From: a virus
Lineage: Duplodnaviria > Caudoviricetes
Direction: 5' to 3' (one strand)
DNA: 64,000 nt
IMG/VR virus record: IMGVR_UViG_3300044991_001466
Below are positions 1 to 10,000 of this stretch, one piece after another (position 1 is the stretch's first letter; each line of letters starts with the position of its first letter). The notes under the pieces are model-generated. The model was not told the DNA's origin. It was given only the letters and a program-made list of their open reading frames with translations, and did not search any database. The translations under genes were made by a program, and so were the position numbers.

Positions 1-8
1 TTGGCACA

Positions 9-953
9 ATGGAAGAAAAGAAAGAAGAAGATGAAGAAGATGAAGAAGACGAAGGACCATATAGTGATTGTTGTGGTGCACATACCGATATGCCAGAATA
101 TGGAATTTGTCCTGAATGTAGAGAACATTGTGGTTGGGTGAACGGAAATGGTGATGAGATTGATATTTCAGAAGAAAAAGAATGTAAAGAATGTGGACAA
201 CCTATGGAAGAAGAGGGTGTCGATTTTGAAAAAATATTAAGAGGTAAAAAAACTGAAGTTGCTGAAGAAAAAACTACATGTGAAAGCGGAGGAATGTATG
301 AGTCTAAAAAGAAAACTGTACGTTTAACTGAAACTGAACTAACTAATTTAATTGCTAAGATGGTTAGTGAATCTGTACCAGGATTAGAAGTTACAAAAAA
401 ATCACATACTGAAAGTGGTAAAGAAAATTCATCACATTTAAAAGATGTTGATAAGAAAATGAAAGATTACTTATCATTTGATGGTAATGACAATCCTGAG
501 TTTCCTAAACCAATAGGTAAAGGAGAAAAGGTTGCAAGAAAAAATACACAAAAACAAGAAGACGAAATTAAGAAAAATTTTGCAGGTTTAGAAAATTTAG
601 ATTACGATATTGAGCCAGATGAAAACTTTAAGAAAAGATTGAAGATGGCAATAGATGGTGATAGATTAATGGGTAATGCTCCTACCACAGAAAAAACTAA
701 TGTAGTTCCATCTAATGGTTCTAAATTAGGAGAAGAACCTAAAGATAAAGATGGTAATAGTATCCCAACACCTGAAACCGCAAAGAAGATTGAAAAACAA
801 GTTAAGGATAGAGGAGAAGATAAAAAGAACAGAGTATTGTATAAAAAAGAAAAAGTTCCAGTTAGTGAATCTAAAACAACATTAAATAGTGTTCTTTTAG
901 AAGAAATAAACAAAATGAAGAAAATTTCGGAATACAACAAAAAAACTCAATAG
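9..953 (+). CDS. Hypothetical acidic protein, possibly 5'-truncated by the window edge
   Basis: 314-aa ORF with the frame open upstream of the ATG; E/D-rich start; Cys cluster CC..CPECREHC and a second CKEC (possible Zn ribbons). Confidence 0.7.
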   Translation: MEEKKEEDEEDEEDEGPYSDCCGAHTDMPEYGICPECREHCGWVNGNGDEIDISEEKECKECGQPMEEEGVDFEKILRGKKTEVAEEKTTCESGGMYESKKKTVRLTETELTNLIAKMVSESVPGLEVTKKSHTESGKENSSHLKDVDKKMKDYLSFDGNDNPEFPKPIGKGEKVARKNTQKQEDEIKKNFAGLENLDYDIEPDENFKKRLKMAIDGDRLMGNAPTTEKTNVVPSNGSKLGEEPKDKDGNSIPTPETAKKIEKQVKDRGEDKKNRVLYKKEKVPVSESKTTLNSVLLEEINKMKKISEYNKKTQ

Positions 954-968
954 TGTCTTTTTTTTATT

Positions 969-997
969 TTGATTTATCCTTATATTAGTAATATTAT
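969..997 (+). promoter_or_regulatory. Putative sigma70-geometry promoter
   Basis: TTGATT(969-974)-N17-TATTAT(992-997), 6 nt before ATG 1004. Confidence 0.45.
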
Positions 998-1003
998 AAG
1001 GTT

Positions 1004-1459
1004 ATGGAAAATAAAGAGGACTACTTAGATTTTATCTCATCTGAGAATTACAAAAATCAAATCGACATTTGGTATCGAACTTACAATATAAGTCGTGAAA
1101 AAATAGAACTTTTTCACGATTTTGTCGTTTCATTATATTCAATAATAGATGAAACATATTTGGGACCTGATATTTTATTCACGGAAGTAGACCAAAAAAA
1201 TCATTTTACATGGTGTTGGGACAAAATCATCAATAACTTCAGCAAAGAAAAAATATTCTTTAAAGAAAGGGGTAATTGTTACGAATACTGTTGGAACTTC
1301 TTTTTGGAAGCGTTCTATTTTGCACAAATGGATGGTAATCAATTAAGAATAAGTGATTACTTCTTTAACTTATTCAATTTTAAGCATAGAAAAACAAGGT
1401 CGGAATTAGACATGTTAACCGAAGTTTATAAAATGTTTGAACAAAACTTGAAAAAGTAA
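1004..1459 (+). CDS. Hypothetical protein
   Basis: 151-aa ORF, AT-rich upstream region, no recognisable motif. Confidence 0.75.
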   Translation: MENKEDYLDFISSENYKNQIDIWYRTYNISREKIELFHDFVVSLYSIIDETYLGPDILFTEVDQKNHFTWCWDKIINNFSKEKIFFKERGNCYEYCWNFFLEAFYFAQMDGNQLRISDYFFNLFNFKHRKTRSELDMLTEVYKMFEQNLKK

Positions 1460-1476
1460 AATTTTTTTCATATATT
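1448..1476 (+). promoter_or_regulatory. Putative promoter
   Basis: TTGAAA(1448-1453)-N17-TATATT(1471-1476) upstream of ATG 1498. Confidence 0.6.
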
Positions 1477-1497
1477 ACTATTAAAAACCGAGATATT

Positions 1498-1677
1498 ATG
1501 GAAACTTTAAAAAAAATAAAGGACCTAGTTGAGAGAATGTCCGTCGATACACAAAAGGTATACGATAAAGGAAATCGAAGTGCATCCATTAGGGCTAGAA
1601 AATATGCACAGGAAATAAAAATCCTTATTGCGGTATATCGTAGGGATATTTTAGAAGAAATTAAAAAACATGATTGA
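1498..1677 (+). CDS. Hc1/histone H1-like small basic DNA-binding protein (59 aa, not in ORF track)
   Basis: Hand translation METLKKIKDLVERMSVDTQKVYDKGNRSASIRARKYAQEIKILIAVYRRDILEEIKKHD; GNRSASIRARK resembles the GNK[AS]AGxRARK motif of the Hc1 family. Confidence 0.75.
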   Translation: METLKKIKDLVERMSVDTQKVYDKGNRSASIRARKYAQEIKILIAVYRRDILEEIKKHD

Positions 1678-1849
1678 ACAAATTAAACTTTTTTTATTCG
1701 TGATGAGTATTATATACACATTACGATTTGTTGTTGAGTTTGTGGTAAGGCTCACACAAGAAAATCCTGAACCTATGACAATGTCAAAATTAGATCAGGT
1801 GTTTCAAATTATATCATTATCATACATAATAACCTACATTTTAATTTAA
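1670..1849 (+). CDS. Small two-helix membrane protein (59 aa, not in ORF track)
   Basis: MIEQIKLFLFVMSIIYTLRFVVEFVV...VFQIISLSYIITYILI; overlaps the end of the previous gene and fills the gap to 1854. Confidence 0.65.
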   Translation: MIEQIKLFLFVMSIIYTLRFVVEFVVRLTQENPEPMTMSKLDQVFQIISLSYIITYILI

Positions 1850-1853
1850 AAAC

Positions 1854-2309
1854 GTGTTTGAAAATATAAAATCATTAAGGCCTCATTTTCATTCTTTAAG
1901 AGAAATTGAAGGTAATGTTAGTTTAGACATTAAGTTACCATTGAATTGGAAATTTGAGGAAATAATAAAACCATATAGGTCAATTAAAGTTAAACTACAA
2001 GATAAGAATGAGAAATATACTTTATTATCTTTAGTAACTAACGCCACGCAAGAAGGTTACGATGTTATTTTTGCATGTGCGTTAGAAGTACTTACACAAA
2101 ACAAAGAGGAAGAAGAAAAACAAAAGTTGTTTCAACAAAAAGTTAAAGAGTTACAACAATTATTTCAAAACGAAAAGTTAGATAAATTAAAAGATATAAA
2201 CCTACTTGAGGATTATGGACAAGAGATTACAACAAGGACTGAATTGGTTGACGAAGGAGACGGAGAAGGACAAACTGGAGATACAGACGCACAAGAATCA
2301 GTTGATTAA
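1854..2309 (+). CDS. Hypothetical protein (GTG start)
   Basis: 151-aa ORF, C-terminal coiled-coil and acidic tail. Confidence 0.7.
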   Translation: MFENIKSLRPHFHSLREIEGNVSLDIKLPLNWKFEEIIKPYRSIKVKLQDKNEKYTLLSLVTNATQEGYDVIFACALEVLTQNKEEEEKQKLFQQKVKELQQLFQNEKLDKLKDINLLEDYGQEITTRTELVDEGDGEGQTGDTDAQESVD

Positions 2310-2418
2310 GGAATTAAAACAACTTGATAAAAGTGAAATGTTTAAACCAGAAATAAAAAAGAAGATATCTATAATAGATAAGATATTAAAGATATTAGGA
2401 TATGGAAAAAAAAGGTGA
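2215..2418 (+). CDS. Hypothetical small basic protein
   Basis: In-frame ATG at 2215 within the ORF-track frame 2206-2418; overlaps the upstream gene by 95 nt. Confidence 0.55.
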   Translation: MDKRLQQGLNWLTKETEKDKLEIQTHKNQLIKELKQLDKSEMFKPEIKKKISIIDKILKILGYGKKR

Positions 2419-2635
2419 CATATTAAATCAACTCGCAATCATTAGCGATTTATTAGAAAAAGTTAATGTTAAAGTTGAATCCAAAACTATTGTTTTTGAA
2501 TTATCAAAAATTGAATACGAAAAGGTATTGACTACTCTTCAAAAGAAATACGGAAAACGAATGGATGCACCCGACGGTAAATTCAACATATCTATTGGTG
2601 AGGTTGAAATTGTTTTTAATATGAGTAATGTCTAA
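2402..2635 (+). CDS. Hypothetical protein
   Basis: 77-aa ORF coupled to the previous gene. Confidence 0.65.
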   Translation: MEKKGDILNQLAIISDLLEKVNVKVESKTIVFELSKIEYEKVLTTLQKKYGKRMDAPDGKFNISIGEVEIVFNMSNV

Positions 2636-3254
2636 ATAATTCTCTACGTTTAAATCCTTTTAATTCTAATAAATTATAAAGTAACGTTCTTTGATGGGTT
2701 GTAATATCTTTTACAAATATAAAATTACCCTTTTTTCTTCTTATTAAATCTTCTTTTATTATATTGAATAATCTTTCAGAGTCATCTTTATTTTTATTAC
2801 CATATAATTTAACATCCTCTTCTATTTGAACAAAAATTTTATTGTTTAATGTAAAAATTTGAGCAATTTCAGTTATCGGTGTAATTTTATCCATCATCTC
2901 ATGATAACGAATTCTTTTTTTAGTTTGAAAATCGTATATCAGTTCTTCTTGCCAATATGTTATAATTTCCTTTATTCTAAATTTATCCCCCTCAATGAGA
3001 GCGGGTTCATTTCTGCCCAAACTATCTTTAACCCAAGTCGTGGTTGCCCATCTATTATTTGGAAACACCAATGCTAATTCAAATACCAATTCTTGATTTC
3101 TTTTTCCCCCTTGTTGTTTTACGTAAGGTGGTTTTTTTTCTGTCTTAAACTCCCTCCAATATTCATATACGGTGTTACGAGTCATACATCTGTATAATAT
3201 TTTAACTCTTTTTTTGTTACTAAAAAGAACTATAAAATATTTCCCGTTTTTCAT
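2616..3254 (-). CDS. Hypothetical protein (probable start ATG 3254, MKNGKYF...)
   Basis: ORF track gives 2616-3305; the ATG at 3254 overlaps the TGA of the small upstream gene (ATGA coupling). Confidence 0.7.
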   Translation of the reverse strand: MKNGKYFIVLFSNKKRVKILYRCMTRNTVYEYWREFKTEKKPPYVKQQGGKRNQELVFELALVFPNNRWATTTWVKDSLGRNEPALIEGDKFRIKEIITYWQEELIYDFQTKKRIRYHEMMDKITPITEIAQIFTLNNKIFVQIEEDVKLYGNKNKDDSERLFNIIKEDLIRRKKGNFIFVKDITTHQRTLLYNLLELKGFKRRELFRHYSY

Positions 3255-3406
3255 AAGATATTGGTTATTAAAGAATAAAGACCATATATCGCCAATCCAG
3301 ACCAAATAATAACAAAAATAACAACCCCTTTTGGAAAGTCATTTGTTTTATCATAAACGTCCTTATACGATTCGGAACTATTCTTTTTACAATTTGTACA
3401 TGCCAT
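3251..3406 (-). CDS. Small membrane-anchored protein (51 aa, not in ORF track)
   Basis: MACTNCKKNSSESYKDVYDKTNDFPKGVVIFVIIWSGLAIYGLYSLITNIL; CxxC plus one TM helix; coupled to the downstream gene. Confidence 0.6.
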   Translation of the reverse strand: MACTNCKKNSSESYKDVYDKTNDFPKGVVIFVIIWSGLAIYGLYSLITNIL

Positions 3407-3479
3407 AATCAAATATATACCATTTATTTCTTTTTGTAAAATTTTTTAGTTATATTTTTTAATATAAATAAAAATAAAG

Positions 3480-4322
3480 ATGATATCTTATATTGGTGGT
3501 AAAGCACGTATTGGTAAGTGGATAGTTCCACAAATACCAACTGACATTGAAACATATGTTGAAGGATTTTCAGGAATGTTTTGGGTCTTTTTTAATATGG
3601 ATTTAAGTAAATTCCCGAATTTAAATAAAGTTGTTTATAATGACTTTAACAGATTGAATGCCAATCTGATGAAATGGTCAAAACAATATGATATATTATG
3701 GAACGAATTGGCAAAATATCCATGTCAACAATTAGGAGTTGTAGATACACCACCAGAATATGCTGAGATGTTTAAACAATATCAGAAAGAAGTTTTTAAT
3801 GATGATTTAGTTATAACAGAAGAAAATAGTTTGGAAATTGCGGGTAAGTATGTTTATGTCTTATGTCAAGTATTTTCAGGTTCAAAACCCGAAACTGCGG
3901 CTTACACCGACTACAAAGGAAAATATCGTTGTAAAGTTCTTATCTTTATGGATAAGTTAAAGAACCCAAAATACCGTGAACATTTTGATAAGTTAACATT
4001 TGTCGAGAACATGGATTTTGAGGCGGTCGTTGAAAAATACGATTCACCAACAACTTATTTCTATATGGACCCACCATATTGGAAAACTGAAAATTACTAT
4101 TCAAATCATGACTTTGATGTGAATGATCACACACGATTGGCGGAATGTATTAAAAATATCCAAGGTAAATTTAGTTTATCGTATTATGATTTTCCTAAAT
4201 TGGTTGAATGGTTTCCAAAAGATGAATATAAATGGAATCAAAAAGATTTCGCAAAGGCGGCTGCAGCTAAAAAAGACGGTAAACAAAATATGGGCACCGA
4301 ACTTTTAATTATGAATTATTAA
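3480..4322 (+). CDS. dam: DNA adenine methyltransferase, Dam/D12 class
   Basis: N-terminal YIGGK, YVEGFSG SAM-binding loop, VVYNDFN, catalytic YMDPPY. Confidence 0.9.
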   Translation: MISYIGGKARIGKWIVPQIPTDIETYVEGFSGMFWVFFNMDLSKFPNLNKVVYNDFNRLNANLMKWSKQYDILWNELAKYPCQQLGVVDTPPEYAEMFKQYQKEVFNDDLVITEENSLEIAGKYVYVLCQVFSGSKPETAAYTDYKGKYRCKVLIFMDKLKNPKYREHFDKLTFVENMDFEAVVEKYDSPTTYFYMDPPYWKTENYYSNHDFDVNDHTRLAECIKNIQGKFSLSYYDFPKLVEWFPKDEYKWNQKDFAKAAAAKKDGKQNMGTELLIMNY

Positions 4323-4346
4323 AATAATATTTATTAAAAAAAGAGT

Positions 4347-4874
4347 ATGGAATTAAGTTGGTATGTGGTAAAAGTTTTACCCGGAAAAGAAAGGTCATTA
4401 ACCGAAGAATTTAATAAACAAATTTTATTAGGTAAAATGAAAAACATAAATCGTTTTGTTTGTCCAACCGAAAAGGAGTTTAAGGTGGTAAAAAACAAAA
4501 AAGTTTTAAGAGAAAGGGTTTTATATAGTGGGTACCTTTATTTTGAATCCCCATCAAAATTAAGTGAATCCGATTTAAAAACAATCTCATTAACACCAAA
4601 TATTATGGGAATGATGGGAGATAGAATTCCAGTATTATTAAGGGAAAATGATATTAAACGAATTTTAAAAGACGATTCTTTAGATGAACATATAGAATCT
4701 AAAAAATTAAAATATATTGTTGGTGAAGTTGTAAGTGTTATTGAAGGACCATTTTCATCGTTTGAAGCAACTATTTCAGAAATTAAGGGAGAAAAAGTTG
4801 ATCTTGAAATTAAAATATTTGGCAGAAACACACCAGTATCATTAACGATAAATCAAATTGAAAAATTAAAATGA
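4347..4874 (+). CDS. nusG: Transcription elongation/antitermination factor NusG (NGN+KOW)
   Basis: WYVVKVLPGKE, LYSGYLYF, GEVVSVIEGPFSSFEATI KOW, IFGRNTPVSL..QIEK C-terminus. Confidence 0.92.
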   Translation: MELSWYVVKVLPGKERSLTEEFNKQILLGKMKNINRFVCPTEKEFKVVKNKKVLRERVLYSGYLYFESPSKLSESDLKTISLTPNIMGMMGDRIPVLLRENDIKRILKDDSLDEHIESKKLKYIVGEVVSVIEGPFSSFEATISEIKGEKVDLEIKIFGRNTPVSLTINQIEKLK

Positions 4875-5188
4875 AATTATCCCCCGAAGTATTAACATAT
4901 ATCCAAACAGTTAAAAATTATTTAAAAAAGAATGATGAAGCCCGAAAATATTTTTTAACGGGTGTTGATGAAGATTTTTTTTTCCAACATTTAAGTGAAA
5001 TCTCTCAAAAAAATTTCAACTCATTAGGTGAAGCGATGTTAAATAAAGAACAATTTGATTTATTAAGAAACACAATGAAGGCAATCTCAATCGTAAATAA
5101 ATCAAAAATAGAAGATACACAAGTTATTAATCCTGAAGAAAATATCTTTATAGATATGAGAGGTTTAAGTAAAATTTGTCTTAACTAA
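4871..5188 (+). CDS. Hypothetical protein
   Basis: 105-aa ORF, ATGA overlap with nusG. Confidence 0.7.
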   Translation: MKLSPEVLTYIQTVKNYLKKNDEARKYFLTGVDEDFFFQHLSEISQKNFNSLGEAMLNKEQFDLLRNTMKAISIVNKSKIEDTQVINPEENIFIDMRGLSKICLN

Positions 5189-5223
5189 CTTTATTTTTAA
5201 ATTTAAATATATTACATTATACC

Positions 5224-6294
5224 ATGTCAAGAAAATTACCAGAAAATTATCCTATGTACGATACGGTATATGGAAGTGAAGTACCAACCGAGCAATATTA
5301 TGTTGTGTTATTCGATAGGTTACCATCAAAATATGTTAATACGTCTAACTACGACCCAATAATAAATGAATTCCTAACCTCATTGGGGTTTATTGAGGAA
5401 ATTAATATTTTTTCATCAAATAGAAGATACGATTTGTCGTCACAATCATTATACGTTAATTTTGATATGAAGATGATGATTAGGATTTCAGGAAACACAA
5501 ATAAAACAAAAGATAATTTAGTACAACTTGATATTGTTTACGATATTTCACAAGGTCCATTAAGTAAACAATTAGATTTAGATAAGATTAAAACATTTGA
5601 ACGAACAAAAAAGAAAGCAAATATTCAGTTAGTTAAAAGTGAAATGGGTCATTTAGATACTGAAGAATATGATTTATTAGTACCCCCAATTAATTTAAAA
5701 TTAAATTATGGTGAATCATTTATTAAAGTTAATGATGCAATTGTAAAAAAATTAAATGAAAATAATGGTAAAGGAATTATTTTGTTACATGGTGATCCTG
5801 GAACAGGGAAGACATCCTATATAAAATACTTAACAACATTAATTAAAGAAAAAGATATTTTATTTATTCCACCATCTATGGCGGAAATGTTATCCGAACC
5901 ATCAATTATACCATTCTTAATGGACCATAAAAATAGTATCCTTATTATTGAAGATGCTGAACGTGTAATTTCAGATAGAGAAGGTAATGGTTCCCCCGCT
6001 GGTGTTTCTAATATTTTAAATTTAACCGACGGTATATTGGGGGATTGTTTAAGTATTCAAATAGTGGCCACTTTTAACATGAAAAGGGAAAAAATAGACC
6101 AAGCTTTACTCCGTAAGGGTCGATTAATTGCGGAACATAAATTTGAAAAATTAACAGTAGAGGAAAGTAATAAACTATTAAAACACATAAAAAAAGACCA
6201 TAAAGTTTCGGAAGGGTTAACATTAGCAGATATATATAATATCGATGTTGAAGTTCACAGACCAACAAAAGAAAAAAGTAAGTTAGGGTTTTGA
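5224..6294 (+). CDS. AAA+ ATPase
   Basis: Walker A GDPGTGKT, Walker B ILIIEDAE, ATFN sensor, DQALLRKGRL arginine-finger region. Confidence 0.92.
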   Translation: MSRKLPENYPMYDTVYGSEVPTEQYYVVLFDRLPSKYVNTSNYDPIINEFLTSLGFIEEINIFSSNRRYDLSSQSLYVNFDMKMMIRISGNTNKTKDNLVQLDIVYDISQGPLSKQLDLDKIKTFERTKKKANIQLVKSEMGHLDTEEYDLLVPPINLKLNYGESFIKVNDAIVKKLNENNGKGIILLHGDPGTGKTSYIKYLTTLIKEKDILFIPPSMAEMLSEPSIIPFLMDHKNSILIIEDAERVISDREGNGSPAGVSNILNLTDGILGDCLSIQIVATFNMKREKIDQALLRKGRLIAEHKFEKLTVEESNKLLKHIKKDHKVSEGLTLADIYNIDVEVHRPTKEKSKLGF

Positions 6295-6346
6295 TTAGTC
6301 AAATAAATTTAAATTGGTCGATATTTAATATAAAAGAAAACACAAT

Positions 6347-6652
6347 ATGGAAAATGTAACTGCGGAATACGTAAAACAACTACAATTAGAAGGAAAGAAA
6401 ATTTTGGTGGATTATTGGGCAACTTGGTGTGGACCATGTCAAGCGTTAATTCCTAGATTAGAACTATTAGAATCTGATTATCCTAATGTTACATTTGTAA
6501 AGGTTAATGTGGATGAGAATATGGATAGTGCATTAGAATTAGGAGTAAGAACGGTACCAACTATTATGATATATGATGGTGAAAATCTTATCAATCGTTC
6601 TATGGGTGCCAATGTTGATAGTGTTTATACTAAAATATTAGATACGTTATAA
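6347..6652 (+). CDS. trxA: Thioredoxin
   Basis: VDYWATWCGPCQ, VKVNVDE, GVRTVPT. Confidence 0.95.
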   Translation: MENVTAEYVKQLQLEGKKILVDYWATWCGPCQALIPRLELLESDYPNVTFVKVNVDENMDSALELGVRTVPTIMIYDGENLINRSMGANVDSVYTKILDTL

Positions 6653-6653
6653 T

Positions 6654-6926
6654 ATGTCAAATAATGTTATTGTTTTTACATTAAATGGTTGTGGCCATTG
6701 TGTTGAGTTAAAAAAAGAACTTAAAAAACAACAAATAACATTTAATGAAATTGAAGTTGGTAATAATAAAGAGATATGGGATAAAGTCGTTGAACAAACA
6801 GGACATAATTCACTACCAACAGTGTTTATAGCATTAGATGGTTCCGATGAAGGACCTGTCTATGTACCCGGAAGAGACTACGATAATCGAGATGACTTGA
6901 TTAAAAAGATAAAAATTTACGTTTAA
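6654..6926 (+). CDS. Glutaredoxin-like protein
   Basis: CGHC active site, TGHNSLPTVFI cis-Pro motif. Confidence 0.85.
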   Translation: MSNNVIVFTLNGCGHCVELKKELKKQQITFNEIEVGNNKEIWDKVVEQTGHNSLPTVFIALDGSDEGPVYVPGRDYDNRDDLIKKIKIYV

Positions 6927-6930
6927 CTAT

Positions 6931-6961
6931 AAGAGGATTTAAAATAATCCTCTTTTTTTTT
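6931..6961 (+). terminator. Intrinsic terminator
   Basis: AAGAGGATT-taaaat-AATCCTCTT stem-loop followed by a T run. Confidence 0.85.
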
Positions 6962-6981
6962 ACAAACTATCGAAATAAAAG

Positions 6982-6988
6982 TATTTAT
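6982..6988 (+). promoter_or_regulatory. Candidate late-promoter motif TATTTAT
   Basis: 20 nt before ATG 7009, just after a terminator; the same motif precedes ATGs 4347, 12389, 16148 and 53078. Confidence 0.45.
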
Positions 6989-7008
6989 GTAAAAGACATT
7001 ACTTTTAC

Positions 7009-10000
7009 ATGGCCTTACAAAGAATAAATTGGACACAGATTGATAGTGAGAACGTCCCTTCGGGGTCGATTATTGATTTAGGTTCATCCTCCAACCCTCT
7101 TCATGCGGTATATGCCGAAAATTTATACATTTCCGGTGTAAGTGTATCTTCATTAATTACTTATGGTACAAGTGGAACTGGTGGAAGTGGTTCTAACGGA
7201 ACGTCAGGTTCATCAGGTTCTAGTGGTGTGGGTTCTTCAGGAACGGCCGGTTCTTCAGGAACATCAGGACAAGCGGGTACTTCAGGAACTTCGGGAACTT
7301 CAGGTGAGGCGGGAACGTCAGGTTCTTCAGGTTCTAGTGGTGTTGGTTCTTCAGGTTCTTCGGGAACTTCAGGTGAGGCGGGAACGTCAGGTTCATCAGG
7401 TTCAAGTGGTGTTGGAACAAGTGGAACTTCAGGAAGTAGTGGTACATCACCATTAGGGTTTTCATCAGGAACTTCGGGAACTTCAGGTGAGGCGGGAACG
7501 TCAGGTTCTTCAGGTTCTTCGGGGTTAGCCGGAACTTCAGGCTCTTCGGGAACTTCAGGTGAGGCGGGAACGTCAGGTTCATCAGGATCTAGTGGTGTGG
7601 GTACTAGTGGAACTTCGGGTTCAAGTGGTACAGGTTCATCATTATCAATTACACAATCAGGAGGGTCAACATATACTGCGGTTTCAGGAATAACATTTAG
7701 TGGTGCAACAATCGTTGACCAAGGAAATGGTAGTATTACTGTTAATATTATTGGAGGTGGAACTTCAGGTACAGGTGGTACAGGTTCATCGGGAACTTCA
7801 GGAATTGATGGTTACGAAGGACATTTAGCAATTTGGAAATATAGTGGAAACACAAACACATCTCTTGACCCTGGTACAGGATATTTTAATTTAGATTCGG
7901 CAGCTTGGGGAACATCAACAACAAGTATCACATTAGATAATTTTGCTTATTCACCAAATACAAATTTTTCAGCTTACTTAGACGGATTAACTATAGGTAC
8001 CATTTTAAAATTGGTAAAAGTAGGTGACGCATCAACATTTAAGTTATTAAAAATTGATTTAGTATCACCACTTGATAGTGGATTTGAGAATTATACTGTT
8101 AGTCAATTATCATCAGGTGGAACAGACCCGAATGATAATGACCAATTTTTAATTATACCATTAGGTATACCAGGTTTAACGGGTACTGCCGGTACTTCGG
8201 GTTCATCAGGTTCTAGTGGTTCATCGGGTTCTAGTGGTTCTTCAGGAACGGCTGGAACTTCAGGAACTGCCGGAACATCAGGTTCTGACGGTACTTCGGG
8301 AACTAGTGGTTCTTCAGGAACAGCTGGTTCTAGTGGTTCTTCAGGTTCATCAGGAAGTACAGGTACTTCGGGAACTAGTGGTTCTGACGGTACAAGTGGC
8401 ACTTCAGGGGATTCAATTTTTACATTAACGGGTTCTAATTGGTATACTAATGAAAACGTTATAATTGACGGTAAATTAACTGTAAATGAATTGATAGTAT
8501 CATCTTCAATTACAAATATGACCGTACAATATTCTAGTGGGTCAACTAAATTTGGAGACACATCGGATGATACTCATACATTTACAGGGTCTGTTAACAT
8601 ATCAGGTTCAATAGTTGCAACTGGCACGTCATTAGTTTCAGGTTCATCACAAGTTATACTTTCAGGAGTTACAGGATTTTCAGATTTTAGTAGTTCAATT
8701 TCAACATCATTAGCGGGATTAACAACAACATTAAATGATAGTAATATTTGGCAACAAACCGGTAGTTACTATTCAGCTAATCAAAATATTCAAATTACAG
8801 GTAGTGCTGGTTCATTAATGAAATCACCTGATGGAGCGACTGACGAAAAATATGCATTGGCAATTTCACAATCAATTCATGCTAGTAATATTAATGTTGG
8901 TATACCAACTTCAAATGATTGGGGTTCGAATTTAAATGGTTCTTATTTTAATAATTTTAATAAAAACACAGACGTTTCTGAAATATTGAGATTTGTTGCG
9001 GGTTTATTATCATCTTCAGCACCTGACGCAGCACCTAATACAAAAACATATAGTACTGCAACTAGAAATATTGTTAATACAACAGCGGGTAGTGTATCAA
9101 CAACAGTACCCGGTAGTGTTCCACAAAGTTCTACTAACACAACAATTACTTATTTAAATGGTAAAGGATTTGCTAACACAGGACAACCATTATTTAGTGG
9201 AATTACTATCAATACAAACGCATCTTACGGACATACATTTACAAGTGTGTCAGCTGGGTCTACCAACGTATCATCTTCAGTTGATGCACAATTATTTGGT
9301 TTAGGTCAATTAAGTAGTGGTACACCAACAAATTTTAGAGTATCGGGTTCATTTACATTTAAATTTAAAGATAGTAGTTTAAAAACGGACACCGCAACAT
9401 CAAGTTCAAATCATTTAATAACACAAACAGGTGCTGGTACAACAAGTGGTGTTACGTTAGCAAAAATAACAACAGCAAATCCTGCGGTTATTCCAGCAGC
9501 TTATCAAGATGGTAAATTTGTTTCAGTATTTTCACCTACAATATATAATGGTGGTTTAAGTGGAATAAGTGGTAGTGGTTATTATAACATAACATCATCT
9601 ATTTCAATATCAAGTGGATCTGCAACAACATATACAACCCCTGTTACAAGTGATATTGAAGTATTCTATGCTCCTCTTTCTACTATTGCAACAAACATAC
9701 CGGCACAAACACCAACATTTAGTGGTGTAAGTGTTAATGCAATATCAGCCGTTTCTCGTTCATTGAGTGGAGCGCCTTTCTTAACAAGTGCAACATATAA
9801 TATTTCAGGTTCTGTTACAGGATTGTTTAATCCATTATATTATGCAGGCACTGGTATTGCAACAATAGGTGTTAGTGGAACAGGTTTAGTTGCAACATCT
9901 GGAACAAATACAGTATCAACATTGGGTGGTACAATACAAACATCAAATGCGGTTTATGATTCAACAGGTGTAACTGTAAGAAGTACATCTACAGTTCCTT

